Assembly (NCBI GenBank): GCA_934875375.1
Contig: CAKXHL010000002.1
Location: 1,330-65,329, forward strand
Length of the DNA stretch: 64,000 bases
Direction: 5' to 3'
Source: an uncultured bacterium
GTDB lineage: Bacteria > Bacillota > Clostridia > Oscillospirales > Ruminococcaceae
Made by a program: the position numbers and the translations under genes. Positions within the stretch are counted from its first letter, which is position 1. Each line of letters starts with the position of its first letter. The notes beneath the pieces are model-generated. The model saw only the letters and a program-made list of their open reading frames with translations, was not told where the DNA came from and did not search any database. Of the stretch, positions 20,185-28,793 are shown in pieces.

Positions 20185-20401
20185 ACCACCCCATTGTCAA
20201 AAACGCCAAAGCGCCCCTTTTTTCTGCGTTTTGGCAGCTTTTGGATTGGAAATATGAAAAAATTGCGAACTTTTCACCCTTCGCCTTTTTTTCTTTGCCA
20301 AATTCGATATAATGAACTTAAATTTTGCGGGTGCTGACGGTTTTTCTCTCCGGCACTCGTTTTATCGGAGAAGAATGGAAACGGGAAAGGAGGAAGCCGG
20401 A

Positions 20402-21985
20402 ATGACGAAACGCTTTTGCCGCCTGTTGGCGGTGCTTTTGCTGCTTGCGTCCCTTTTGGGCGGCTGCTCGGATAAAACCGCCGGCCAGGTGTTCCGGCTG
20501 GATATTCTTTCCGAGCCGTCCACCATTGATCCGCAGACCGCCTCCTCCGACGAGCAGTATCTGATTTTGCTCAATACGATGGAGGGCCTTCTCAAAATGG
20601 ATGAAAACCAGACTCCGACCGAGGCTGCCGCCGAAAGCTACGCCGTTTCGGCCGACGGGCTGACCTATACCTTTTTTCTGCGCAAAGATATGCTCTGGTC
20701 CGACGGGAAAACGCCGGTTACCGCTTACGATTTTCAGTTTGCCTTTCAGCGCCTGTTCGACCCGCAGACGCAGTCTCCTGCCGCTGTCAATTTCACCTGC
20801 ATCCGCGGATCATCCGCAGCCCTGTCCGGCGAGGGCAGTGTCCAGGATATCGGCGTTACCGCCCAGGATGACGATACGCTGGTCTTTTCTCTGGAACATT
20901 TAAACCCGTCTTTCCTCTCGCTGCTGACCACTCCCGCCGCGCTGCCCTGCAACGAGGATTTTTTCCGGGCTGCCCGGGGGAAATACGGCGTGTCAGACGA
21001 ATTCATGCTCTTTAACGGCCCGTTTTTCATTTACAGCTGGCCGGAAGGCGAGTATATTCACATGCGGAAAAACACCAATTATCATGCGCGGGATTCGGTC
21101 ATTCCCTCTGCTTTCCGGCTGTATATTCGGGAGGAAAACGACCTGTCCCGCCTGACCGGCGGCGCTGTGGACGCGGCGGCCGTTTCCTTCGCCGAGCTGG
21201 AAACGCTGGACGAAACGTATGGGGCGGTGCAGTTTTCCAATATTCTTTGGGCCATCCTGCCCAACCTGGAAAATCCGGCTCTTGCCAATCTCTCCATCCG
21301 CCAGGCGCTGGCCGCCGGAGTGGACCGGGAGGACCTTTCCGGTTATCTGGCGCAAAACCAGCAAATCGCCAGCGTTCCGGTCCCCCCAGCCGTAACGCTG
21401 GGCGGCGCTTCTTATCGGGAGCAGGCAGGCGATTCCGACGAGCTGGACGAATTGCCGTATACGGCCGCCGAACTGTTTCAAATCGGCCTGCGGGAGCTGG
21501 CGGCGGACGCGTCCCCTTCGCTGACCCTCATCTGTCCTGATTCCGATGGAATCCCCCTGCTGCTCAGCCAGCTGCAGCGCCAGTTGCGGGATGCGCTGGG
21601 CGTGTTCATCAACATCGAACCGCTGGAACCGTCTGAACTGGATTCCCGCATTGCCAGCCGCGATTATGACTTGGCCCTTTGTCCGGTCAAGGCGTCTTAT
21701 GACAGTCCGGAAGCGGTGCTATCCCAGCTTTACGGCGGGGAATCCCTCACCGGGTGGCAGAACGATCAGATGGTCGGCTACATGAATGGGGCCAAAAACG
21801 CCTCCACCGCCTCCGGTGTTCTTTCGTCCTACCGCTCCGCCGAACGGCTGCTGACGCAAAACGGCGTCGTCCTGCCGCTTTTTTACGAAACTTCCTACTA
21901 CGTTACTGCGCCTTCGGTCACCGGACTGCGCTTTTCCCCCTTTGGCTGCCATGTCTCTTTTGCCGAGGGACGCAAGAAAGGCTGA
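20402..21985 (+). CDS. ABC-transporter substrate-binding lipoprotein, family 5 (peptide/nickel type)
   Basis: Start MTKRFCRLLAVLLLLASLLGGC (lipobox LGGC) with a GGAGGAAG RBS. SBP_bac_5-like body. No permease or ATPase genes adjacent. Confidence 0.75.
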   Translation: MTKRFCRLLAVLLLLASLLGGCSDKTAGQVFRLDILSEPSTIDPQTASSDEQYLILLNTMEGLLKMDENQTPTEAAAESYAVSADGLTYTFFLRKDMLWSDGKTPVTAYDFQFAFQRLFDPQTQSPAAVNFTCIRGSSAALSGEGSVQDIGVTAQDDDTLVFSLEHLNPSFLSLLTTPAALPCNEDFFRAARGKYGVSDEFMLFNGPFFIYSWPEGEYIHMRKNTNYHARDSVIPSAFRLYIREENDLSRLTGGAVDAAAVSFAELETLDETYGAVQFSNILWAILPNLENPALANLSIRQALAAGVDREDLSGYLAQNQQIASVPVPPAVTLGGASYREQAGDSDELDELPYTAAELFQIGLRELAADASPSLTLICPDSDGIPLLLSQLQRQLRDALGVFINIEPLEPSELDSRIASRDYDLALCPVKASYDSPEAVLSQLYGGESLTGWQNDQMVGYMNGAKNASTASGVLSSYRSAERLLTQNGVVLPLFYETSYYVTAPSVTGLRFSPFGCHVSFAEGRKKG

Positions 21986-22008
21986 TTGCGGCGAAAAGGC
22001 CGTAAAAA

Positions 22009-22048
22009 GGCCCCGAAAGAGAACGCATCTCTTTCGGGGCCTTTCTTT
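22009..22048 (+). terminator. Rho-independent terminator of the SBP gene
   Basis: ggccccgaaagag-aacgcatc-tctttcggggcc followed by TTTCTTT. Confidence 0.8.
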
Positions 22049-22064
22049 GCAGAAAATCCCGGAT

Positions 22065-22841
22065 TTATACCGGTTCGGCTTCTCCTTTTTTGGCAGAAAA
22101 GGCCGCTTTCATGCTTTTTTCTCTTCTCACATACAAAAACCATCTGACGGTTCCGTAAATGGTGTTGACCAGCATGGCGAACTCGTCAATCAACAAGCCG
22201 TAAGCGCCGGCGGAAATGTCCATGATAATATACAGCGCAGTGGTGATAAACCACGCGTACCACTGCTCGCTGTACCGCATCAGCAGCAAAACGCCGTTTA
22301 CCATACCCATAGCGGAAGCAAACGCCTCCAGGTAGGAGGATTCGGCGCCGGGAATATTCATGGTAATGGAACCGGCTACAAGGCTGAAAACAACCACTCC
22401 TGCCATCACCAAAATTCCTTTTTTCCAGCCCAAAGATTTTACCTGCGTGAGATTTTCGTCCTGGGCGTCAGGATATTTGCTCCAGCGGATAAAGCTGATG
22501 ATGTCAATGGGAATCCAGAAAAAGATGCAGGTCATGGCCAGGGTATACCATCCCAGCGCCAGGGCCAGCGCCACATAGGTTCCCTCGATGAAAACCAGGT
22601 CCACGATAAAATTCCATTTGCTCTGCTTGGCAATCAGCAATTCGCAGACCGGGTTGGCGATGACGTTAATCACCGAGCAGGCGATTAAAAAGGTACCACC
22701 TGTGCTTTCCAGCATCATCTCGGGGAAAAAGATCGTAAATACCATGGCAAGCACCAGCACGGTCGCCAGATAGCCGATCTGATACGGGGTAAAGGATTTC
22801 AAAAAGCTTTTGCATTTTTCAAAGTTCGTTTTTTGATTCAT
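22065..22841 (-). CDS. pnuC: Nicotinamide riboside transporter PnuC
   Basis: 258 aa with 7-8 TM helices and PnuC-like motifs (WIPIDIISFIRW, LLLMRYSEQWYAW). Confidence 0.75.
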   Translation of the reverse strand: MNQKTNFEKCKSFLKSFTPYQIGYLATVLVLAMVFTIFFPEMMLESTGGTFLIACSVINVIANPVCELLIAKQSKWNFIVDLVFIEGTYVALALALGWYTLAMTCIFFWIPIDIISFIRWSKYPDAQDENLTQVKSLGWKKGILVMAGVVVFSLVAGSITMNIPGAESSYLEAFASAMGMVNGVLLLMRYSEQWYAWFITTALYIIMDISAGAYGLLIDEFAMLVNTIYGTVRWFLYVRREKSMKAAFSAKKGEAEPV

Positions 22842-22842
22842 T

Positions 22843-23679
22843 TTATTTTATAATTCCTTTCTCACGAAGAATCCCGGCAAGCTTTGGAAACGCCCGCAGT
22901 GGGTTGTTCCAGTAAATGTCCTCAAATTGGTCCGGAGTAAAAATCTGTCGGATGGTTTCATCGTACTCGCCGAAAGCGGACAGCGCAATCGGCGGGCAGA
23001 AATCCGTTCCGTAAAGGATCTGCCGGTAAGCGTCGGGATACTGGTGGATCGCGTGGTCATAGGCCGAAATGGTAGCTTCCACATCCTCCATGGCGCTGGC
23101 TCCCGGCTCAAAGGTTCCGCTGAAGTCGCTATACAGGTTGGGAACGCCGTGCATTGCCTGAACGCACTCGTCAAAGCGCGGGTCGTCCAGATGGGCAACG
23201 ATAAAGTTGACATCCGGATAGGCAAGCGCCACGTTGCGCACATATTTCGCGTTGGAACCCTCCATATCGTCATCCGTGGGCAGATGCAGCGAAGGCAGCC
23301 CGGTATGATAGGTGACCGACAGGCCATACCGGCGGGCAAAATCATAAATGCACATCATTTTTTCATCGTCCGCCCGGCCCTTTTGATAGGTTAAAAAAAT
23401 CTTTAGGCCTACCACCTTGCACTCCGGCCGCGCCAGCATCTTTTCTTCGATTGCCGACAGCTGGGGCAAAATTTCCTTGTGAATATCGATACTAGGGGAT
23501 AAAAACAACCGCTCATCCGCCGCGGCTATCTGCCAGGATTCATCCGGCATCTGCGCGTTGGCAAACTGAGGCAGAAACTCCATGATGATGGCGTATCCTC
23601 CGGGGTTTTGATAATAAGCGTCTTTAATTTTCTGGTTTACAATGTGGGTGTGACAGTCTATTCTGCGTTGATTTTCCAT
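22843..23679 (-). CDS. Amidohydrolase-2-family metal-dependent hydrolase
   Basis: IDCHTHIV... N-terminal His pair, internal HTG and a C-terminal D typical of Amidohydro_2 TIM barrels. Confidence 0.55.
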   Translation of the reverse strand: MENQRRIDCHTHIVNQKIKDAYYQNPGGYAIIMEFLPQFANAQMPDESWQIAAADERLFLSPSIDIHKEILPQLSAIEEKMLARPECKVVGLKIFLTYQKGRADDEKMMCIYDFARRYGLSVTYHTGLPSLHLPTDDDMEGSNAKYVRNVALAYPDVNFIVAHLDDPRFDECVQAMHGVPNLYSDFSGTFEPGASAMEDVEATISAYDHAIHQYPDAYRQILYGTDFCPPIALSAFGEYDETIRQIFTPDQFEDIYWNNPLRAFPKLAGILREKGIIK

Positions 23680-23770
23680 TGTCCTCTCCTATTCTACCGT
23701 CCCACAAAGCCGCCTTTTTTGTTGAAAGCGGTGCAGGGCCGGTTTCCTTTCACACAGCAAACCGACTTTA

Positions 23771-24328
23771 TCACGGCGCGTTGATGCTTTCCAGCATCCG
23801 CATCATTTCAATCCTCACTTCATGTCTTTCCAAATCCTCATTGGAATAGTGGAACAGATCCAGCCCGCCGATGGCAAAACCCTGGGACAGATAAAAACCA
23901 ATCGCCGGCATGTTGCAGCTCTGGGTTTCCAGCACCAGCATCCGGGCCCCGGCCTTTTCCGCCACGCTGACGGCATATCTCATCAAAACGGTGCCGGCTC
24001 CCGTTCTCCGAAACGGTTCCTCTACGAACAGGTTGGCCACCCGCATCCGGTTGTTCCATCTCTCCGGATTCAGTTCCAGATAGCCTGCAATTTGCTCCTC
24101 GTCATCCACCGCGGCAAACAGCATCGGCGCCGCCATGTGATCTTTCATCCAAGAGACTTCCAGTTCTTTCTCCACCGGGGCGTCAAACATCTTTTTGCGA
24201 AATTCTATCCGGCTCACGCCCCGTTCCTCTACAATCTGGACATCCAGATAGGAATCGGTCCGGTACCGAAACTGCCGTGTTCTCCCTTTCCAGGAATCGT
24301 CCAGCTTTACGATTCGATATGCCGCCAT
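23771..24328 (-). CDS. GNAT-family N-acetyltransferase
   Basis: ...NLFVEEPFRRTGAGTVLMRYAVSVAEKAGARMLVLETQSCNMPAIGFYLSQGF is GNAT motif A/B. Confidence 0.75.
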   Translation of the reverse strand: MAAYRIVKLDDSWKGRTRQFRYRTDSYLDVQIVEERGVSRIEFRKKMFDAPVEKELEVSWMKDHMAAPMLFAAVDDEEQIAGYLELNPERWNNRMRVANLFVEEPFRRTGAGTVLMRYAVSVAEKAGARMLVLETQSCNMPAIGFYLSQGFAIGGLDLFHYSNEDLERHEVRIEMMRMLESINAP

Positions 24329-24354
24329 GCAGCTTCCTCCTGCTTTTTTGCAGC

Positions 24355-24996
24355 CTATTCTCCGATCAATGCCTTTACGGCCCGGGGGATATCCGCGGCG
24401 CAGGCCACTCGAATGTCTGCGCCGTCCACCTCATGGGGCAGATAGCCGTATTGACAGCCGATAAACGGCAGCCCGTTGTCCCGGGCCGCCTGCATGTCGT
24501 GATGGCGGTCCCCCACCATCACCGCTTTGTCCGGCCGGATTTTATCCAGCACCATCTTCAGGGTATCCGATTTGGTGCAGCCCGGTTCCGCTCCCTGCAG
24601 CCAGGTAAAATAGGGCGCCAGCCCCAGCGCGGACGCAATTTTACGCACATAACCATTGGTGCCGTTGGTGCACACGGCAAGAATATATCCCGCTTCCGAC
24701 AGCTGACGGATCATCTGCGGCACCCCGTCAAAAGCGCCGTGATACCGGTCGATGTTGCGGTATTCCGCCTCGGCGGTCAGCGCCATAAATTCATCAAACC
24801 GCTCCATCGGCGCGCCGGGCAGAAGGCCCTGGTAGATCTGCTCGTCCACACAGCCCATCAGCCGCATCACCGTATCGTCATCCGCCTGGGCGCCGGCAAA
24901 CTTTTGCAGCACCTCTTTGTAAGTGGGAATGATAAACAGCTCAATGCGGTTGAGGGTGCCGTCCATGTCGAATACGACCAGCTTTTTTTCCTTCAT
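24355..24996 (-). CDS. HAD-IA-family hydrolase (phosphatase)
   Basis: MKEKKLVVFDMDGTL (DxDGT motif I), ...CTNGT (motif II), ...MVGDRHHD (motif IV). Confidence 0.75.
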   Translation of the reverse strand: MKEKKLVVFDMDGTLNRIELFIIPTYKEVLQKFAGAQADDDTVMRLMGCVDEQIYQGLLPGAPMERFDEFMALTAEAEYRNIDRYHGAFDGVPQMIRQLSEAGYILAVCTNGTNGYVRKIASALGLAPYFTWLQGAEPGCTKSDTLKMVLDKIRPDKAVMVGDRHHDMQAARDNGLPFIGCQYGYLPHEVDGADIRVACAADIPRAVKALIGE

Positions 24997-25006
24997 CACC
25001 GCACCT

Positions 25007-25819
25007 CTATTCTCCCAGGATAAACTGTTCCACAACCACCGCTACACCGTCCTCGTCGTTGGATACGGTCACATGGTCGGCAGCCGCCTTGACCGGCTCC
25101 TGCGCGTTGGCCATCGCCACGCCCAGGCCTGCAAATTCAATCATCGACCGGTCGTTAAAGCCGTCGCCGCAGGCAATCATCTGCTCGCGCTCCATTCCCA
25201 AATGCTCCAGCAGCTTGCCCAGCGAATAGGCTTTATCAATGTTTTTCGGCATGATTTCCAAAAAGAACGGCTCCGACCGCAGTACGCTCAACATGTCTCC
25301 CAGCCGGGCCTTGACCTTCTTTTCCACCTCGGCCAGATACTCCCCGTCCTCGACCATCAGGCATTTGGTCACCGGAAAGTTGACAAAGCTCTTAAAATCC
25401 TCTACTTCCCGCACTTCCATCTTGTTGATGCGGGATTCCAGTTCCACATATTGGTCGTCCTTTTTGGGGGTGATGACCGTTTCCTCCAGATAGGTCATAA
25501 TATTGGTCTTGTATTCCCGGGACATATCGTATAAAAGAGCGGGCATATCAGCCGGCAGCGTCTTTTGATAAATCACCTCGCCGGTCTGAGCATTGATGAT
25601 CCGCCCGCCGTTGAAAGACAGGATGTAGCCGCCATACTCCTCCAGCTCCAGCTGCTTGGCCACTGGCATGATGCCGTAGGTAGGCCGCCCGGAGGCCAGC
25701 ACGATTTTGACCCCTTTCTCCTGGGCTTTTTTTAACGCTGCCCGGGTGCGGGGGGTAATTTCTTTTTTCGAGTTGGTCAGGGTGCCGTCGATGTCCAGCA
25801 CCAGGATTTTGTATTCCAT
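25007..25819 (-). CDS. Cof-type HAD-IIB hydrolase
   Basis: MEYKILVLDIDGTLTNSKKEITPRT...ASGRP...GDGFND is the Cof subfamily signature. RBS GGAGAG. Confidence 0.8.
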   Translation of the reverse strand: MEYKILVLDIDGTLTNSKKEITPRTRAALKKAQEKGVKIVLASGRPTYGIMPVAKQLELEEYGGYILSFNGGRIINAQTGEVIYQKTLPADMPALLYDMSREYKTNIMTYLEETVITPKKDDQYVELESRINKMEVREVEDFKSFVNFPVTKCLMVEDGEYLAEVEKKVKARLGDMLSVLRSEPFFLEIMPKNIDKAYSLGKLLEHLGMEREQMIACGDGFNDRSMIEFAGLGVAMANAQEPVKAAADHVTVSNDEDGVAVVVEQFILGE

Positions 25820-25946
25820 AGCGACTCTCCATTCCTCTTTCCAAAATTTCGCAGACCAGTATAGCATATTTTCCCCGTTTCTGTCTATTTTTTGGGCGCA
25901 AAACTTGACATTTTTCTCCCGCTTTGTAGACTGAAAAGCAAGCGAG

Positions 25947-26255
25947 GTGAAAAACATGGTCCAGCGGGAGGATTTTTTTGAACGGGTATGGGAATTGGTA
26001 GCCGAAATCCCATACGGCCGGGTGGCAACTTACGGGCAGCTGGCAGATATGCTGGGCTATCCCCGGCACGCCAGACTGGCCGGTGCCGCCGTGCACCACG
26101 CGCCCCAGGGCCTGCCCTGCCACCGGGTCGTCGCCTCAAACGGGCGCTGCGCGCCCCACTGGCCAGAGCAGCAAATGTTGCTTTTGCAGGAAGGCGTTTC
26201 CATTTTGCCCGGCGGCAAGGCAGATCTTGCCCATTATCGCTGGGAAGGATTATAA
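25947..26255 (+). CDS. MGMT-family DNA-binding protein (methylated-DNA-protein-cysteine methyltransferase DNA-binding domain / Atl-like)
   Basis: VAEIPYGRVATYGQLADMLGYPRHARLAGAAVHH...LPCHRVV matches the MGMT C-terminal domain. Confidence 0.65.
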   Translation: MKNMVQREDFFERVWELVAEIPYGRVATYGQLADMLGYPRHARLAGAAVHHAPQGLPCHRVVASNGRCAPHWPEQQMLLLQEGVSILPGGKADLAHYRWEGL

Positions 26256-26366
26256 AAACTGGAAAAAAGACGATGGAATGGCAAATACTTTGCATTGCGT
26301 CCAGCGGTTTTTTCATGATAGGCTTTGTCCGAACCGAAAGGTAAAATCAAAAATGGAGGAATCCTG

Positions 26367-27428
26367 ATGAAAAAACTGTTCGCATTTCTTCTCGCGGCGC
26401 TCACCGCCGCTTCTGTAACGGCCACGGCCTTTGCGCAGGAAGCCGCGCCGTCCGCCACCCTGCAGGTGGGCTCTGCCGACGGCTTGACCCTCGACGGCAG
26501 CGCGTTGCTGCATCCCGGCCAGGAATACCGTTTTCCGCTGATGATCGCTGAAAACGGCGAAGAGGCCCGTCCCATGACGGTGGAGGACATGCAGGTCTAT
26601 GACATCAAAGTAACCGCCAAATCCGGCGCCGGCGCTATGGCCGATGCCGGGCGCCTGGAATCCGGCCGTCAGCAGTATCTCTCCCTGACCCCCGGCGCAA
26701 TTTTCACCGTTTCGCCCCAGGATGTCAAATACACGGTCTCTCTTTCTTTCAAAAACAGCTCCGCTGTTCTTTCTCAGGTTACCGTCCAGTGGAAAGTAGG
26801 CTACCCTTCTGTGGATGACGGCGATCTGGGTGCCTCTACCGCCATTGACCCGTCTGCTCCGGTGCTCACCAAAGAGCAGCTGGCCGCCATTGAGAAAATC
26901 ACCGGCGACGGGCAGGCTTCCTTTACCGGCAGCGGCTGGCAGTTCCATGTCCGCCTGCTGGATCAGGAAGCGGTGAACTTTCACTACTCCGCTCAAAACA
27001 TCAAGGCTGTTTCCGACCGGTATCCAGAGGCTGATTTCCGCTTTCTTACCTTTGGCGGCAAGCCTGCTTTTGATTTCTACGGCACCCTGACTCTGGACGT
27101 ATCCGCCGTGCTGGAAGAGTATGAAGATTTGTATTTGTACCGTTACTTGGACGGTGTGCTCTATTCCTTGAAATATGATCTGGATCAGGATGCCCAAACC
27201 ATTTCCATTCGGACCAAGCAGTTGGGCAGCTATATCGTCTCGGACACAAAGATTCCCAACGGCACCGCGGTGGGCGGCAGCTCCTCCGGCAGTGCGGGCA
27301 ATTCCGGCTCCGGCTCCGATAAAGGCAACCCCTCCACCGGCGGGACCGACTTTACCGCAATCGCCCTAGCGCTGGGCTCTGTCAGCCTGGCAGGCGCGGC
27401 GGCCGCAGTAAAATACCGCAGAAAATAA
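26367..27428 (+). CDS. Secreted surface protein with sorting-signal-like C-terminus
   Basis: Signal peptide MKKLFAFLLAALTAASVTATAFAQEA. C-terminus is a G/S-rich linker, then GNPSTGG, a 20-aa hydrophobic stretch and KYRRK. Confidence 0.5.
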   Translation: MKKLFAFLLAALTAASVTATAFAQEAAPSATLQVGSADGLTLDGSALLHPGQEYRFPLMIAENGEEARPMTVEDMQVYDIKVTAKSGAGAMADAGRLESGRQQYLSLTPGAIFTVSPQDVKYTVSLSFKNSSAVLSQVTVQWKVGYPSVDDGDLGASTAIDPSAPVLTKEQLAAIEKITGDGQASFTGSGWQFHVRLLDQEAVNFHYSAQNIKAVSDRYPEADFRFLTFGGKPAFDFYGTLTLDVSAVLEEYEDLYLYRYLDGVLYSLKYDLDQDAQTISIRTKQLGSYIVSDTKIPNGTAVGGSSSGSAGNSGSGSDKGNPSTGGTDFTAIALALGSVSLAGAAAAVKYRRK

Positions 27429-27453
27429 GCATATCCATCCGCACTTTTACAAA

Positions 27454-27492
27454 GAAGGCGCAGAGTAAAATTACTCTGCGCCTTCTTTTTTT
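27454..27492. terminator. Bidirectional terminator (perfect 15-bp arms)
   Basis: gaaggcgcagagtaa-a-ttactctgcgccttc followed by T7. Serves the convergent surface-protein and XRE genes. Confidence 0.8.
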
Positions 27493-27728
27493 ACAGTACG
27501 TTTCGGCGGGGTCGGATCATCGGTCAGCCCCACCAGATAATCCATGCTGACATCATAAAAGACCGCCAGCTTTATCAGCACCTCAACGGGATAATTCAGC
27601 ACGCCGATTTCATACTGGAAATAAGTATTTTGCTTGACATGCAGATAATCCGCCACCTTTTGCTGGGTCAGGTCGCGCTCCTCCCTTAGGTTTCGAATCC
27701 GTTCAAATTTCAGCATCTCCGTTTTCAT
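27471..27728 (-). CDS. XRE-family HTH transcriptional regulator (cassette 1)
   Basis: 85 aa, RIRNLREERDLTQQKVADYLHVKQNTYFQYEIGVLNYPVEVLIKLAVFYDVSMDYLVGL is an HTH_3 fold. Confidence 0.7.
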   Translation of the reverse strand: MKTEMLKFERIRNLREERDLTQQKVADYLHVKQNTYFQYEIGVLNYPVEVLIKLAVFYDVSMDYLVGLTDDPTPPKRTVKKEGAE

Positions 27729-27752
27729 TGTATCACCAACAAAACCATATTC

Positions 27753-27794
27753 TATCTGAAAACAAGATATTGCTTTTTATCTTATTTTCAGATA
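27753..27794. promoter_or_regulatory. 17-bp inverted-repeat operator in the divergent promoter region of cassette 1
   Basis: TATCTGAAAACAAGATA-N8-TATCTTATTTTCAGATA. The right arm overlaps the putative -10 (TAAACT ~27793) of the small-protein gene. Confidence 0.55.
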
Positions 27795-27817
27795 AACTAA
27801 TGATGAGGTGGTGTTTC

Positions 27818-28054
27818 ATGCGACTGATCGAAGAAATCTTATATCGAAAAACAAAAGGGCTGCACGTCCAAATTGTTCTGCCCCGCCGCGAGGATGAACT
27901 GCTGCCGCTGATCGAATGCGGGTGTACCCAAATGCTTCTGCAGATCCGCGATATTCTGGAGGATCCCCAGATGCGCAAGGAAGGATGCGCCCGGCAAATC
28001 CGTTATATCCGGTATCTGTTTGCCGACGAAGGGGTTTTGCTCAAAAAAAAGTAA
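27818..28054 (+). CDS. Small hypothetical protein, 78 aa (cassette 1 partner, unnamed family)
   Basis: ATG ~27818 after a GAGGTGG RBS. MRLIEEILYRKTKGLHVQIVLPRREDELLPLIECGCTQMLLQIRDILEDPQMRKEGCARQIRYIRYLFADEGVLLKKK. Paralogous to the ORF at 28521. Confidence 0.45.
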   Translation: MRLIEEILYRKTKGLHVQIVLPRREDELLPLIECGCTQMLLQIRDILEDPQMRKEGCARQIRYIRYLFADEGVLLKKK

Positions 28055-28086
28055 CCCCGTTTTCCCATACCGTATAAAAACCGGTC

Positions 28087-28122
28087 AAAACAGGCGGAGC
28101 GCCACTCCGCCTGTTTTCTTTT
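28087..28122. terminator. Bidirectional terminator between the two cassettes
   Basis: acaggcggag-cgcca-ctccgcctgt flanked by an A4 run and TTTTCTTTT. Confidence 0.8.
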
Positions 28123-28144
28123 GGATACGTTTCATCATAGACTG

Positions 28145-28411
28145 TTATCCTTTTTCTTCCAATTTTTTGTAAAAATCCTCGAGCAAGCTTTTTTCCTCCA
28201 CACCCAATACCCGACTAAAACATACCAGTTCATAATCGGTCACGATGCGAAGATTCCGTTCGATTCTGCTAATCATCTGTTGATCGATATTCACATTCAT
28301 CGTCTGCATTCTGGCGGCCAGCTGCGCCTGGGAAAGTCCCTTCTCCCGCCGGAGTGTCTCCAGCCGGCTGCCAATGATGTTTTTGCTGCCGTCATAGTCT
28401 ATTTTCTTCAT
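28145..28411 (-). CDS. XRE-family HTH transcriptional regulator (cassette 2)
   Basis: SRLETLRREKGLSQAQLAARMQTMNVNIDQQMISRIERNLRIVTDYELVCFSRVL is an HTH_3 fold. The ORF track starts at GTG 28423; the ATG at ~28411 has a better RBS (GGAGA). Confidence 0.7.
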   Translation of the reverse strand: MKKIDYDGSKNIIGSRLETLRREKGLSQAQLAARMQTMNVNIDQQMISRIERNLRIVTDYELVCFSRVLGVEEKSLLEDFYKKLEEKG

Positions 28412-28421
28412 TTGCGTCTCC

Positions 28422-28492
28422 ACGTTAATGTAACGTATCTGTTATTGACATTATCACAAAGGGGAGAGTAGAATTACGTTATATAAACGTAA
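28422..28492. promoter_or_regulatory. Divergent promoter region of cassette 2 with two ACGTTA-type palindromic operators
   Basis: ACGTTAATGTAACGT (28422-28436). -35 TTGACA (28444-28449), 18-nt spacer, -10 TAGAAT (28468-28473). ATTACGTTATATAAACGTAAT (28472-28492) overlaps the -10/+1. Confidence 0.55.
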
Positions 28493-28520
28493 TTCAATCA
28501 TTATTATGGAGTGAAGGCCT

Positions 28521-28757
28521 ATGACTTTATACGAAGAATTGCTTTGGGGTTGCCTGCGGGATCTTCCAGTGCAGGTGACTTTCCCAAATTTGACAGTCAA
28601 TCCCAACGATCTGGTGGAGATGAAAAGCTTTCTGGCAATCGAGCGCATCCGGGACATTCTGGAAAAAGAAGGTCTTACCGACCAGGAGCGCACCATGCAG
28701 ATTCGGTATATCATTTACACGTTGGAGGCAGAAGGCGTCTCCATTCAAAACCGGTAA
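28521..28757 (+). CDS. Small hypothetical protein, 78 aa (cassette 2 partner, paralogue of 27818..28054)
   Basis: MTLYEELLWGCLRDLPVQVTF...LAIERIRDILEKEGLTDQERTMQIRYIIYTLEAEGVSIQNR. Shares EExL, LxVQ, IRDILE and QIRYIxY...EGV blocks with the cassette-1 protein. Confidence 0.45.
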   Translation: MTLYEELLWGCLRDLPVQVTFPNLTVNPNDLVEMKSFLAIERIRDILEKEGLTDQERTMQIRYIIYTLEAEGVSIQNR

Positions 28758-28760
28758 AAA

Positions 28761-28793
28761 GAAAAAGGGGCGGCAGCCCCTTTTTCTTTTTTT
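28761..28793. terminator. Bidirectional terminator (cassette 2 / glpK)
   Basis: gaaaaaggggc-ggcag-cccctttttc flanked by an A-run and a T-run. Confidence 0.8.

Noticed and set aside
22065-25819. PnuC plus adjacent amidohydrolase/GNAT/HAD/Cof genes as a nicotinamide-riboside salvage island
   Set aside because: No NadR or NR-kinase gene and no NAD-metabolism-specific motif in the neighbours. The adjacency is probably incidental in a housekeeping cluster.
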